A DNA stretch of 49,984 nt. Source: an uncultured Gammaproteobacteria bacterium (GTDB lineage: Bacteria > Patescibacteriota > Patescibacteriia > 2-12-FULL-60-25). Position 1 is the first letter of the stretch. Every line of letters starts with the position of its first letter. Location: positions 37,403-87,386 of the forward strand of contig CAYPUF010000001.1 of the NCBI GenBank assembly GCA_964413995.1, written 5' to 3'. The notes under the pieces were generated by a model. That model was given only the letters and a program-made list of their open reading frames with translations, did not search any database and had not been told where the DNA came from. The translations under genes were made by a program, and so were the position numbers. Of this stretch, positions 15,966 to 26,229 are shown piece by piece.

Positions 15966-17312
15966 ATGCCAACCAACAACCAACCTTCGGATTTTTACGG
16001 ACTCGGAATCGCGCCCAAATTGCTTGAGGCGCTCGACAAGAATACCTTCACCAATCCCACGCCGATCCAGGCGCAATCCATTCCCGTCGCGCTCAAAGGC
16101 GAGGACGTGATCGGCATCGCGCAAACCGGCACGGGAAAAACGCTCGCCTTCGGCGTGCCGATGATCCAGCGTCTCGCCGCCGTCAAGGGACGCGGCCTGG
16201 TCATTTTGCCGACGCGCGAACTCGCGCTCCAGGTCGACGAAACGTTCCAGAAGATCGGCCGCCACATCAACCTACGCACGGCCATCCTGATCGGCGGCGC
16301 GTCCATGCACCGCCAGAAGCAGGATCTCGCCAAGAAGCCGCATATCATCGTCGCGACGCCCGGTCGTCTCATCGACCATCTCGAACAAAAGACGGTGGAT
16401 CTGTCGAATGTCCGCGTGCTCGTGCTGGACGAAGCGGACCGCATGCTCGATATGGGCTTCGAGCCGCAGATCCGCCGCATCCTCCAGGCCGTGCCGAAGG
16501 AGCGCCAGACCATGCTGTTTTCCGCCACCATGCCGGTAGAGATCGTGAACATCGCGAACCGGTACATGAAACAACCGACGCGCGTGGAAATCGCGCGCGC
16601 CGGCACGGCCGCGGAAAAAGTGACGCAGGAAGTCTATTTCCTCTCGCGCGACGAAAAGCCGATGCTGCTCGAGCAGCTCCTCGGTAAATACGAAGGCACG
16701 GTGCTCGTCTTTACACGTACCAAGCACGGCGCGAGCAAGCTGACGCGCATCCTGAAGCGTTCCGGCCACCGCGCCGCGGAAATCCACTCCGACCGTTCGC
16801 TTTCGCAGCGCCGCCGCGCTCTCGAGGGATTCAAGACCGGCGAGTTCCGTATTCTCGTCGCGACCGATATCGCCGCGCGCGGCATCGATGTGAAGGATAT
16901 CGAGCTCGTCGTGAATTACGACCTGCCGGACAACCCGGACGATTACGTGCATCGCATCGGCCGCACGGGCCGCGCGGGCAAGGCCGGGCACGCCATCTCC
17001 TTTGCCACACCGGACCAGAAAATGGACGTCAAGACGATCGAAAAGCTCATCCGCGCCCAAATCCCGGTGTCCGTGCCGAAGGGATTGCCGCGTCCGACGT
17101 TCAAACCGCCGGAACGCTTCACGCCGGGCGGCGTCCCCGGCGGTCCGAAGCGCTTTGACGAACGCCTCGTGCAGGACCGTTCGGACAAGAAACGCCGCTT
17201 CCAGCCCAAAGGCGGATACAGCCGCGGCAAGGGCCGCGCGAATGACCGCCGCTGGAACGAACCGCCGAAGGACATGCCGAAAGGCGGCCGCCGCGTGAAA
17301 ATCCACGCCTAA
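15966..17312 (+). CDS. DEAD-box ATP-dependent RNA helicase
   Basis: Q motif, AQTGTGKT, PTRELA, VLDEADRMLDMGF, SAT, HRIGRTGRAG, and a basic RG/K-rich C-terminal tail. Start set to MPTNNQ (15966). Confidence 0.92.
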   Translation: MPTNNQPSDFYGLGIAPKLLEALDKNTFTNPTPIQAQSIPVALKGEDVIGIAQTGTGKTLAFGVPMIQRLAAVKGRGLVILPTRELALQVDETFQKIGRHINLRTAILIGGASMHRQKQDLAKKPHIIVATPGRLIDHLEQKTVDLSNVRVLVLDEADRMLDMGFEPQIRRILQAVPKERQTMLFSATMPVEIVNIANRYMKQPTRVEIARAGTAAEKVTQEVYFLSRDEKPMLLEQLLGKYEGTVLVFTRTKHGASKLTRILKRSGHRAAEIHSDRSLSQRRRALEGFKTGEFRILVATDIAARGIDVKDIELVVNYDLPDNPDDYVHRIGRTGRAGKAGHAISFATPDQKMDVKTIEKLIRAQIPVSVPKGLPRPTFKPPERFTPGGVPGGPKRFDERLVQDRSDKKRRFQPKGGYSRGKGRANDRRWNEPPKDMPKGGRRVKIHA

Positions 17313-17845
17313 AGCGGGTCTTCCGTCTCCGACCCGTATCGACGCAATTTCGAACGCCGTTCTCGCCAGTCGGGAACGGTTTTTGATACGAGCGACCAGT
17401 ATCGCGCCGAATGGTTCATCTCTTTGAGATGGCACAGCTCGTGCACGATGACGTAATCCGCAAGCGCGGGCGGAAGCAGCGCGATTTTGTAATTGAAATT
17501 GAGATTCCCGTGCCGCGAACAACTTCCCCACTGACTGCGCTGATCCTTGATGGAAATACGGTTCCAGTGAAAGCCGTAGGCTTGGTTGAAGTATTCGAGA
17601 CGCGACCGCGCCAGCTCGCGCGCTTCTTCTTTTTTCGCCAGATACTCCGCGCGATCGCGGCGCGCGAGCAGGCCCGGTTTCAGCTTTGCCATGCGCGCCT
17701 GCGCGCGATCGATCCAGGCGGCTTGTTCCCGTACGAACGCCTCGATCTCACGCGACGGAACCGAAAGGCACGCGCTCACGGTCACACGCCCATCCGCGTG
17801 GACGCACAGGCGGATGTTGCGCTGGCCACGGCGACGGATCTCCAT
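17309..17845 (-). CDS. M48-family metallohydrolase, YgjP-like (DUF45)
   Basis: WGSCS...HELCHLKEMNHS zinc-binding HExxH motif. Confidence 0.8.
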   Translation of the reverse strand: MEIRRRGQRNIRLCVHADGRVTVSACLSVPSREIEAFVREQAAWIDRAQARMAKLKPGLLARRDRAEYLAKKEEARELARSRLEYFNQAYGFHWNRISIKDQRSQWGSCSRHGNLNFNYKIALLPPALADYVIVHELCHLKEMNHSARYWSLVSKTVPDWRERRSKLRRYGSETEDPL

Positions 17846-17846
17846 G

Positions 17847-18611
17847 CTATCCCTTCAGATGCTTGCGCGTGATCCACTGCATCGGAAGGAATACGACGAT
17901 CGCCAGAGCGATCAGGACCACGAGCGACACCATCGGGTTTGAGTCGGCAAATCCGGCGATGGAGTACCGCATGAGGTTCACGGCGTGGTGCATCGGATTG
18001 AACAGCGAGACCGTGTGCCAGATGCCGGGCAATTCCGAGATCGGATAGAACGTGCCGGCAAGAAAGATCATCGGCTGGATAACGAACGTCATCACAAAGG
18101 TCAGCGCCTCGAAATTCTTGGCGTACATCCCGAAGATGACGCCGAACATGCCGAACGCGAGGCCGATGAGCAGCGCAGCCGCGATGGCGAGCAACGGATG
18201 CGCGATGCCGGAAACGGGCACGAACCAGATCGTCGCAAGCGCGGCGATGAGCGCGGTGAGAAGCGCGCGGATCGTCGCAGCGGCTGCGTAGGCGAGTCCG
18301 ACGCCCCACGCCGGCACGGGCGTGATCTGCAAGTCAAGGAACGTGCCGACGTTCTTCGAGATCACGAGCGCAAACGCCGGATTCGAAAAGCTCGCGTTCA
18401 CCATCGTCATGGTGAGAAGACCCGTGTACACGAACGCAAGATACGCGATGCCCTCGATCTGCCGGCCGGCCGTCACGAGTCCGAATACGGCGAGAAAGAG
18501 CACCATCGACATGATGGGGCTCATGACGGTATCGAGCCAGATTTTCTGGAAACGCTTCACTTCGCGCGCGACCAGCGCGATCACCGGCGTCAAATTCGTT
18601 GCCATATTCAT
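17847..18611 (-). CDS. ABC-2 type transporter permease
   Basis: 6 TM segments, ABC-2 architecture, immediately downstream of the ATPase gene. Confidence 0.8.
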   Translation of the reverse strand: MNMATNLTPVIALVAREVKRFQKIWLDTVMSPIMSMVLFLAVFGLVTAGRQIEGIAYLAFVYTGLLTMTMVNASFSNPAFALVISKNVGTFLDLQITPVPAWGVGLAYAAAATIRALLTALIAALATIWFVPVSGIAHPLLAIAAALLIGLAFGMFGVIFGMYAKNFEALTFVMTFVIQPMIFLAGTFYPISELPGIWHTVSLFNPMHHAVNLMRYSIAGFADSNPMVSLVVLIALAIVVFLPMQWITRKHLKG

Positions 18612-18637
18612 GATTCGAGATTCGTGATTCTTCTTGT

Positions 18638-19543
18638 TTAGTCTTTCGTGAGCGTCAGGAAAATTTGTTCAAGCGAGGCGGCCTCGGTCTTCAAGGCTTT
18701 CAGATTTCCGTTGTAATGCCGCGCGATCGCATGCACGTCGGATTCAAGTTCGCGCATCGGAAGATGGAATTCGGATCCTTCGGCGACCACGCCGGGCAGA
18801 TGCTCCACATGCCGATCGAACAGCTCGAAACTGATGATGTTCTTCGAGAATTCCTTCTGGATATCCTTCAGGACGCCCTCTTTCACGATCCGGCCATGAT
18901 TGATCACCGTAATGCGGTCGCATAACTGTTCCGCTTCCTCAAGATAGTGCGTCGTAAAGAGAACGGTCGTCCCTTCGTCGCGCAGACGTCGTACGAGCTC
19001 CCAGATTTTTTGCCGAAGCGCGACGTCCACGCCCGCCGTCGGCTCGTCGAGGATGAGAAGCTTCGGTTGGTGGATCAAAGCCTTGGCGATCATGAGGCGG
19101 CGCTTCATTCCGCCCGAGAGGCCGCGCGCACGTTCATCGGCCTTGTCCGACAACGCGAGATCCTCGAGCACCTTCTCGATACGCGGATGGCGCTCGGCCA
19201 TCGGTACGCCGTACATGCCCGAAAAATAATATAAGACCTCGCGGACGGTGAACGCCATCTCGTAGACACCTTCCTGCGGGACGACGCCCTCGAGCAGCTT
19301 TGCCTGCTCGGTGTCCTTGGCGACATCCGTGCCGAACACCTCGATGACGCCCTCGTCGGCACGACTGATCCCGGCGATCAGGCTGATCAAGGTGGATTTT
19401 CCTGCGCCGTTCGGTCCGAGCAGTCCGTGGATTTCGCCCGGCTTCACCGTGAGGCTCACCCGCTGCAGGGCTTGGACGGCCGGCGCGCCTTTTTTGTTTG
19501 GTTGATAGGTTTTGGAAACATGTTGAACCGAAAGCGCATGCAT
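18638..19543 (-). CDS. ABC transporter ATP-binding protein (DrrA/CcmA-like exporter)
   Basis: Walker A GLLGPNGAGKSTL, signature LSGGMKRRL, Walker B LILDEPTAGVD. Confidence 0.9.
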   Translation of the reverse strand: MHALSVQHVSKTYQPNKKGAPAVQALQRVSLTVKPGEIHGLLGPNGAGKSTLISLIAGISRADEGVIEVFGTDVAKDTEQAKLLEGVVPQEGVYEMAFTVREVLYYFSGMYGVPMAERHPRIEKVLEDLALSDKADERARGLSGGMKRRLMIAKALIHQPKLLILDEPTAGVDVALRQKIWELVRRLRDEGTTVLFTTHYLEEAEQLCDRITVINHGRIVKEGVLKDIQKEFSKNIISFELFDRHVEHLPGVVAEGSEFHLPMRELESDVHAIARHYNGNLKALKTEAASLEQIFLTLTKD

Positions 19544-19632
19544 AGGGACTTCAGCCTAGCGATCCGGAGAAAAAGAATCAAGCGTGCGTATCACTTTTCG
19601 CCGATCTTCGGTATGATATTCATATCCATCCT

Positions 19633-21369
19633 ATGAAACCCCTCTTTCTTCGCGTCGCCGCGATCGTCTCCCCTCTCTTCGCCGCGATGCTCTTGACGGC
19701 TCCGGCCCAGGCCGCGCCCTTCGCGGTCGCTCCGCCCGAGCCGACCCAAACCTTCGTCAATCAAGACACGACGTTTCACTCCGACTTGACGGACGGCGGT
19801 GCCGTGATCGACCACTGCAACCTTTCCGTGGACGGCGTCTCGCACGGAGCCATGACCGTCTTCACCGGTCCGGGGGGCAAGTCGGCCTTCCTTGAGACCA
19901 GCATCTCCGCGGCCGGGACACGGACGGTGCGCGTCACGTGCTATGACGCGAGCGAAAGCAATAGCAGTTATAACGAAACCGCCGTCACCGTATTCAACGA
20001 CACCGCCGCGCCGGGCGTTGGCGCCTTCACCCTCACGCCGGGCTCGCCCGTGGCCGGGACATCAGTGACCATCCAAACCAACTACGACGATACGGACTTC
20101 GGCTCGGGCATCGACAACTGCTCGCTGTACGTCGACGGGGCGTTCATCAGCCTGATGGGCCTCTCCGGCGGCTCCGGCTCGACGGCTGGCAGCGCGACTC
20201 GCGATTACACATTCGGCACAGCCGGCTCCTACGCCGTCGAAGTCAAATGCATGGACTTCTCCGGCAACGTCGGCACGCGTTCAGAGACCGTCTCCGTGAC
20301 GGCACCGCCGGACACGGCCGACCCCGTGGTGAGCGCGATCACGCCGTCGTCCGCGACCGCGGGCGTAGCAGTGAATGTCCAGGCAACGGTTTCGGATAAC
20401 ATCGGCGTCACGTCCTGCGATCTCGAAGTGAACGGCGTGAACCAGGGCGGCATGACCGTGGCGTCGGGACTCGCGACGAAAGCCTTGAGCTTTACGATTA
20501 TCGGCGACAACGCGGTCAAGGTGACGTGTTTCGACGCGGCCGGCAACGCCGGCACGCGGTCGGCGCTTATCAATGTCTCCGATGCCGCCGCCTCCGATAC
20601 GGCCGCGCCGGTGATCGGCACGGTCCTTCCTGCATCGGCGACGCAGAGCGTGGCGACGAACATCGTGGCGGAGGTGACAGACAATGTCGGCGTCTCCTCC
20701 TGCACGCTGACGGTGAATGGCGTGCTCGCAGGCGCCATGAGCGTTGCGGGCATCCCTTCGGGCTCGACGGCGGAGCGCCTGCACAGCTTCACGGTAAGCG
20801 GCAACAATACGATCCGCATCGACTGCCAGGACGCGGCAGGGAACGTGGGAAGCCGCACGACGACGGTCAACGTCTCTGGCTCTGTTTCTCCGACGCCATA
20901 CGCCAACCGCCTCGTGAAACTCGCCTGCCCGGCCGGATTCGTCGATGTCAATCATCCGTGCAAGGCCGTGTACTATGTCGGCTCCGACGGCAAGCGCCAC
21001 GCCTTCCCGAACGAGCGCGTCTACTTCACGTGGTACGCGAACTTCGACGGGATTCTCGAACTGGACGGCGGGACCATGGCCACGATCGTCCTCGGCAGCA
21101 ACGTGAATTACCGCCCGGGAATGCGCATGGTGAAATTCACCACCGTGAACAAGGTGTACGCCGTCGGACGCTACGGACAGCTGCGCTGGGTGACGAGCGA
21201 AGACGTCGCGCGCACGCTGTACGGCACGGACTGGAACCGCAAAATCGACGATATCAACGACGCGTTCTTCACGGACTACACCTTCGGGGCGGACATCACC
21301 TCGGCTTCTTCCTATAACCCGACCGTCGAGGCCGCGACGGCGACGAATATCGACGCGAACCTCCGCTGA
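19633..21369 (+). CDS. secreted surface protein with four HYR/Ig-like repeats and a conserved C-terminal domain
   Basis: Signal peptide (...LTAPAQA). Four repeats of about 95 aa, each with D-N-x-G-V-x-x-C-x-L-x-V-(N/D)-G and V-x-C-x-D-x-(A/S)-G-N-x-G. The C-terminal domain of about 190 aa has a Cys pair. Confidence 0.8.
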   Translation: MKPLFLRVAAIVSPLFAAMLLTAPAQAAPFAVAPPEPTQTFVNQDTTFHSDLTDGGAVIDHCNLSVDGVSHGAMTVFTGPGGKSAFLETSISAAGTRTVRVTCYDASESNSSYNETAVTVFNDTAAPGVGAFTLTPGSPVAGTSVTIQTNYDDTDFGSGIDNCSLYVDGAFISLMGLSGGSGSTAGSATRDYTFGTAGSYAVEVKCMDFSGNVGTRSETVSVTAPPDTADPVVSAITPSSATAGVAVNVQATVSDNIGVTSCDLEVNGVNQGGMTVASGLATKALSFTIIGDNAVKVTCFDAAGNAGTRSALINVSDAAASDTAAPVIGTVLPASATQSVATNIVAEVTDNVGVSSCTLTVNGVLAGAMSVAGIPSGSTAERLHSFTVSGNNTIRIDCQDAAGNVGSRTTTVNVSGSVSPTPYANRLVKLACPAGFVDVNHPCKAVYYVGSDGKRHAFPNERVYFTWYANFDGILELDGGTMATIVLGSNVNYRPGMRMVKFTTVNKVYAVGRYGQLRWVTSEDVARTLYGTDWNRKIDDINDAFFTDYTFGADITSASSYNPTVEAATATNIDANLR

Positions 21370-21370
21370 T

Positions 21371-21814
21371 ATGCGGCTCACCTCTCCCGCGTTCGTCGCC
21401 GACAACTCCATTCCGAGCAAATATACGTGCGACGGCGACGATCTTGTCCCACCGCTGACCATCGATGACGCCCCGGCGGAAGCCGCGAGCTTCGTCATGG
21501 TCATGGACGATCCGGACTCCCCGTCCGGCGACTGGCTCCATTGGCTCGCATATGACATCCCCGGCGGCACGCGGCAGATCCTCGAAGGGCAGGAGGTGGG
21601 CACGCAAGGACTGAATTCCTGGAACCGCACGGGCTACGGCGGCCCCTGCCCCGGTCAAGGCGAACATCGGTACGTCTTCCGCCTCTACGCGCTCGACAAA
21701 ACGCTCGGCCTCCCTCCGGGCGCCCGCCGTCCCGACGTCGAGCGCGCCATGACCGGCGCCGTCCTCGCGGAAACGACGCTGATGGGGAAGTATATCAAAA
21801 TGGGGAATAGGTAA
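21371..21814 (+). CDS. YbhB/YbcL family PEBP (Raf kinase inhibitor-like) protein
   Basis: PSKYTCDGDDLVPPL, DDPDSPSG and GYGGPCPGQGEHRYVFRLYALD are typical of bacterial PEBP. Confidence 0.85.
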   Translation: MRLTSPAFVADNSIPSKYTCDGDDLVPPLTIDDAPAEAASFVMVMDDPDSPSGDWLHWLAYDIPGGTRQILEGQEVGTQGLNSWNRTGYGGPCPGQGEHRYVFRLYALDKTLGLPPGARRPDVERAMTGAVLAETTLMGKYIKMGNR

Positions 21815-21820
21815 CCGTTT

Positions 21821-22150
21821 TCAATACTTGTCTTTCATAAGATTTTTTCGATCGTTATACATCGCGAGACCTAGAGCAAGAAAAACGGAATACAGTATCG
21901 CAGCCATCCAAGGAACGAGTTGCCAAAATCCGGCAAAGGGGAAGAAAAGCCAAGCGGTCAGCATAAACAAAGGCCATAATAAGATAAAACCAATGCCTAC
22001 AAAAAAGCTTGCCGTCGGTATATGACCCATGATGGATTCATACGGGGTCTCGTCAAAACGGAACATAAAAACCGCAAACGAAGTCACCACAAGCACAAAA
22101 AGAAAAAATAGCACGATGATCGCCCAATCTTTTTTAGAGAGAGATTTCAT
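21821..22150 (-). CDS. small polytopic membrane protein in a low-GC islet
   Basis: 109 aa with 3-4 TM segments. Markedly AT-rich compared with its neighbours. Start chosen at MKSLSKK (22150) because the upstream Met at 22180 lies inside the -35 box. Confidence 0.55.
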   Translation of the reverse strand: MKSLSKKDWAIIVLFFLFVLVVTSFAVFMFRFDETPYESIMGHIPTASFFVGIGFILLWPLFMLTAWLFFPFAGFWQLVPWMAAILYSVFLALGLAMYNDRKNLMKDKY

Positions 22151-22156
22151 GCATGA

Positions 22157-22185
22157 AGTATAGTTTCGTCGCATCGACATGACAA
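22157..22185 (-). promoter_or_regulatory. sigma70-type promoter placing the TSS at or near the ATG
   Basis: Minus strand: TTGTCA (22185-22180), 17 nt, TATACT (22162-22157), 6 nt, ATG (22150). Confidence 0.5.
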
Positions 22186-22213
22186 AAACGCTCGCCGATC
22201 GGCGAGCGTTTTT
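22184..22213. terminator. perfect bidirectional terminator hairpin
   Basis: AAAAACGCTCGCC-gatc-GGCGAGCGTTTTT, lying 4 nt after the stop of the CxxC gene. Confidence 0.75.
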
Positions 22214-22217
22214 GCGT

Positions 22218-22562
22218 TTATACGTCCAACGAACGCATGATTGCGTCCAGCTTGCCGTTGATTTCCTTCAATTGATCGTGCAAGCCGCTCGAATCTCCGA
22301 AATGATTGCCCCGCGGACGGTCGTAACGCTTTTGACCAGACCCGCTCTCGTTCCCAAAACAGTTACTGCAAAGCACCGGCTTGCGGCCGTTGGGGCGAAA
22401 CGGCACCTGGCAATCGCTGCCGCAAGAGGCGCAAGTGGCGTCGTGCATCGGCTTCCAGTCCGAACCGCCGCCAAAACGCTTGCTGCCTTTAAAGCCACCG
22501 ATTTTTCCGCCGAAGGCCGATCCGCCTTTGGCGGACTTCCCGCGAAAAGATTTGTTGTACAT
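22218..22562 (-). CDS. CxxC-x17-CxxC domain protein
   Basis: CASC-17 residues-CSNC with Gly/Lys-rich flanks. Start set to MYNKSF (22562). Confidence 0.8.
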   Translation of the reverse strand: MYNKSFRGKSAKGGSAFGGKIGGFKGSKRFGGGSDWKPMHDATCASCGSDCQVPFRPNGRKPVLCSNCFGNESGSGQKRYDRPRGNHFGDSSGLHDQLKEINGKLDAIMRSLDV

Positions 22563-22655
22563 AGGGGTAAATCCGGCGTAGCATACACCAAATCGAAATA
22601 TATTACAAGTTGCCGACCCGCCAACCAAAACCCCGCCCTTTCGGACGGGTTTTGT

Positions 22656-22729
22656 TGGCTCGGGGACCAGGGCTCGAACCTGGATTCACGGCTCCAAAGG
22701 CCGCTGTCCTACCATTAGACGATCCCCGA
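22656..22729 (-). tRNA. tRNA-Gln (UUG), CCA encoded
   Basis: The reverse complement folds as a cloverleaf: acceptor TCGGGGA/TCCCCGA, anticodon loop CTTTGGA, T-arm CCAGG-TTCGAGC-CCTGG, G-CCA end. Followed by hairpin 22627-22655. Confidence 0.9.
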
Positions 22730-22787
22730 ATGCGGGCCGAGCATACGCGAAAAATAGCCCTCCGTCAACCAAGAATCCCCTGTGCGA

Positions 22788-23297
22788 TCACCAATCCCGC
22801 GACTCGGCGGCGCCGATGATGAGCCAATGGTCACCGATCTTGTCCACCGTGAACTCGACACGGCTCCGTCCCGCCTCCCCTCCCTGGGTCTCCTCGACGC
22901 CGGTCATTTGCACGATCTCACCGAACACGGCGTACCGCGTCGGCGTTCCCATGATCACGCGCGTGATCTCGATGCGCTCCGGCCATGGGCTCGAAACGTA
23001 GCGCCCGATGGCGAGATGGGGTTGCGCCGCCCATTCCTCGAGCAGCTCCGGCGAAAGGAAATCCGCGTACTCCCTGCGGATGGCTTCGATCGAGGCCTCG
23101 CGCGACTCGTTCAACGAAACTTTTTGCAAAGCGTCACCGAACTTCGTGACAACCTCGCGGACGGCGGCTTCATCCACGGACATCGCCGGCGCGGACGGTC
23201 CGGCCGGCATCATGCCGCCGCGCAAGAACACGAACCATCCGGCGGCAAACAACACGAGAACGGCCAACCCGGCCCAAAATACCGTCTGTTTTTTCAT
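22788..23297 (-). CDS. hypothetical N-terminally anchored protein
   Basis: MKKQTVFWAGLAVLVLFAAGWFVF anchor. Lies 13 nt downstream of atpC. No family recognised. Confidence 0.6.
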   Translation of the reverse strand: MKKQTVFWAGLAVLVLFAAGWFVFLRGGMMPAGPSAPAMSVDEAAVREVVTKFGDALQKVSLNESREASIEAIRREYADFLSPELLEEWAAQPHLAIGRYVSSPWPERIEITRVIMGTPTRYAVFGEIVQMTGVEETQGGEAGRSRVEFTVDKIGDHWLIIGAAESRDW

Positions 23298-23310
23298 AGG
23301 AATGAAAAGC

Positions 23311-23712
23311 TTACGTTTCCAACTGCTTCTCGAGCGCGATCTTCTGCCCTTCGAGGAACGTGAGCTGGTACTTGTTCAATTCCTCCGGCTTGTCGAGTTT
23401 CGCGAGAATGAATTCAAGATACTCCTTCGCCGAAACCTCATCCAGCTCTTCCGTTTTCTGGATCGTCATGCCAAGCACCCGCACGTCATTCGTTTCCTGC
23501 TCGACGAACAGGAATCCCTGCCGCAGGACGTAATCCTCGTGGTGATCCTTGTTTTGCAGCCGTACGGCGCTATACGTGATCGACCCGAGCATCGACACGT
23601 GTCCCGGCAACACCTGCATCTCTCCCGTGTCCGTGGACAATGTCAAGAGATCCGCGGGACCTTGGTAGATCTCGCGATCGGGGGTCTGGATGAGAAGATT
23701 GAATGCGGACAT
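23311..23712 (-). CDS. atpC: F1 ATP synthase epsilon subunit
   Basis: Position last in the atp operon; N-terminal beta-sandwich signature (LIQTPDREIY...GEMQVLPGHVSML). Start set to 23712 because the Met at 23724 lies in the palindrome arm. Confidence 0.85.
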   Translation of the reverse strand: MSAFNLLIQTPDREIYQGPADLLTLSTDTGEMQVLPGHVSMLGSITYSAVRLQNKDHHEDYVLRQGFLFVEQETNDVRVLGMTIQKTEELDEVSAKEYLEFILAKLDKPEELNKYQLTFLEGQKIALEKQLET

Positions 23713-23719
23713 ACGGTTT

Positions 23720-23800
23720 GTCATTGCGAGGAACGAAGTGACGAAGCAATCTCACTCGAACGAAAGAGGGTCCAGATTGCTTCGCTTCGCTCGCAATGAC
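23720..23800. repeat. 81-nt palindrome in the atpD-atpC spacer
   Basis: GTCATTGCGAG (23720-23730) pairs with CTCGCAATGAC (23790-23800). Inner CGAAGCAATCT (23742-23752) pairs with AGATTGCTTCG (23774-23784). Confidence 0.8.
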
Positions 23801-23806
23801 ACGCTT

Positions 23807-25298
<1,492 letters not shown>

Positions 25299-25318
<20 letters not shown>

Positions 25319-26192
25319 TGGCGGCACCGGCGCCCGCGAGTTCGGCGAGCTGCTGGGTAATCGCCGCCTGGCGCGCTTTGTTGTAGTCGCGCGTCAATGC
25401 CTTGATCATGTCGCCGGCCGCTTCGGTCGCATTCTTCATCGCCACCATGCGGCTGGAATATTCCGATGCCTTCAGTTCGTAAAACGCGTGGGAGAACAGC
25501 GATTCGAGCAATTGATGCGAGAGCTTCTCGACGAGCGTATCGCGATCCGGCTCGATCACCGACGCCGGTGCGCGATCAATCGGGGCTTCGCCTTCGCCGA
25601 TATGCGACGCGACCATCGCGTCGCCGAACGGCAGATACGTCTTGACGCGCACGTGCGTGGTGAAGGCATTCACGTATTCCGGCGCGACGAATCGTACCTC
25701 GCGGATCTCGCCGCGTTCCCACCGCTCGGCAATTTCGTTGACGACGACCAGCGCATCGAGCGGCGCCAGGTCTTCTTTCAAGCCGTCATACCGTTTTTCG
25801 ATCGGGACGCCCCTGGCGTGCAACGCGTCAAAGCTCTTGCGGCCGATCGTGAACAAAAGTTTTTTATCGGAAGAAAGCGCGTTCCATGTCTCATCTCGCA
25901 ACAACGCACGAATGAGCTGCTGGTTCAGCGATCCGCACAGACCCTTGTCCGACGTGACGATCACGAACAACGTCTTTCCCTCTTCGCGCACGGCCGCGAA
26001 CGGAAGTTCGCCCCACTCCGCCTTGGCCTGGCGCAACCCGCCGACAAGAGAACGCGCATAGCCACGCGAAGCCAGCGCCTTGCGCTGGAAGGCCTTCATA
26101 CGGCTCGCCGCCACCAGTTCCATGGCCTGCGTGATCTTGCGCGTGCCCTGGACCGACTGGATCTTCTTCTTGATGTCGATGAGAAACGCCAT
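25299..26192 (-). CDS. atpG: F1 ATP synthase gamma subunit
   Basis: IKKKIQSVQGTRKITQAMELVAASRMK N-terminus and C-terminal ITQQLAELAG helix. Confidence 0.93.
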
Positions 26193-26198
26193 GGGGAA

Positions 26199-26226
26199 AG
26201 TGAGTAGAAGGTAGGAAGTAGTGAGT
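26199..26226. repeat. four tandem heptamers in the atpA-atpG spacer
   Basis: agtgagt agaaggt aggaagt agtgagt. These fill most of the 37-nt spacer. No inverted partner. Confidence 0.65.
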
Positions 26227-26229
26227 AGC

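Noticed and set aside
19633-21369. A diversity-generating retroelement (DGR) target in the repeat-rich surface protein.
   Set aside because: No reverse transcriptase or template repeat occurs in the window. Differences between the repeats are ordinary divergence, not adenine-specific substitutions.
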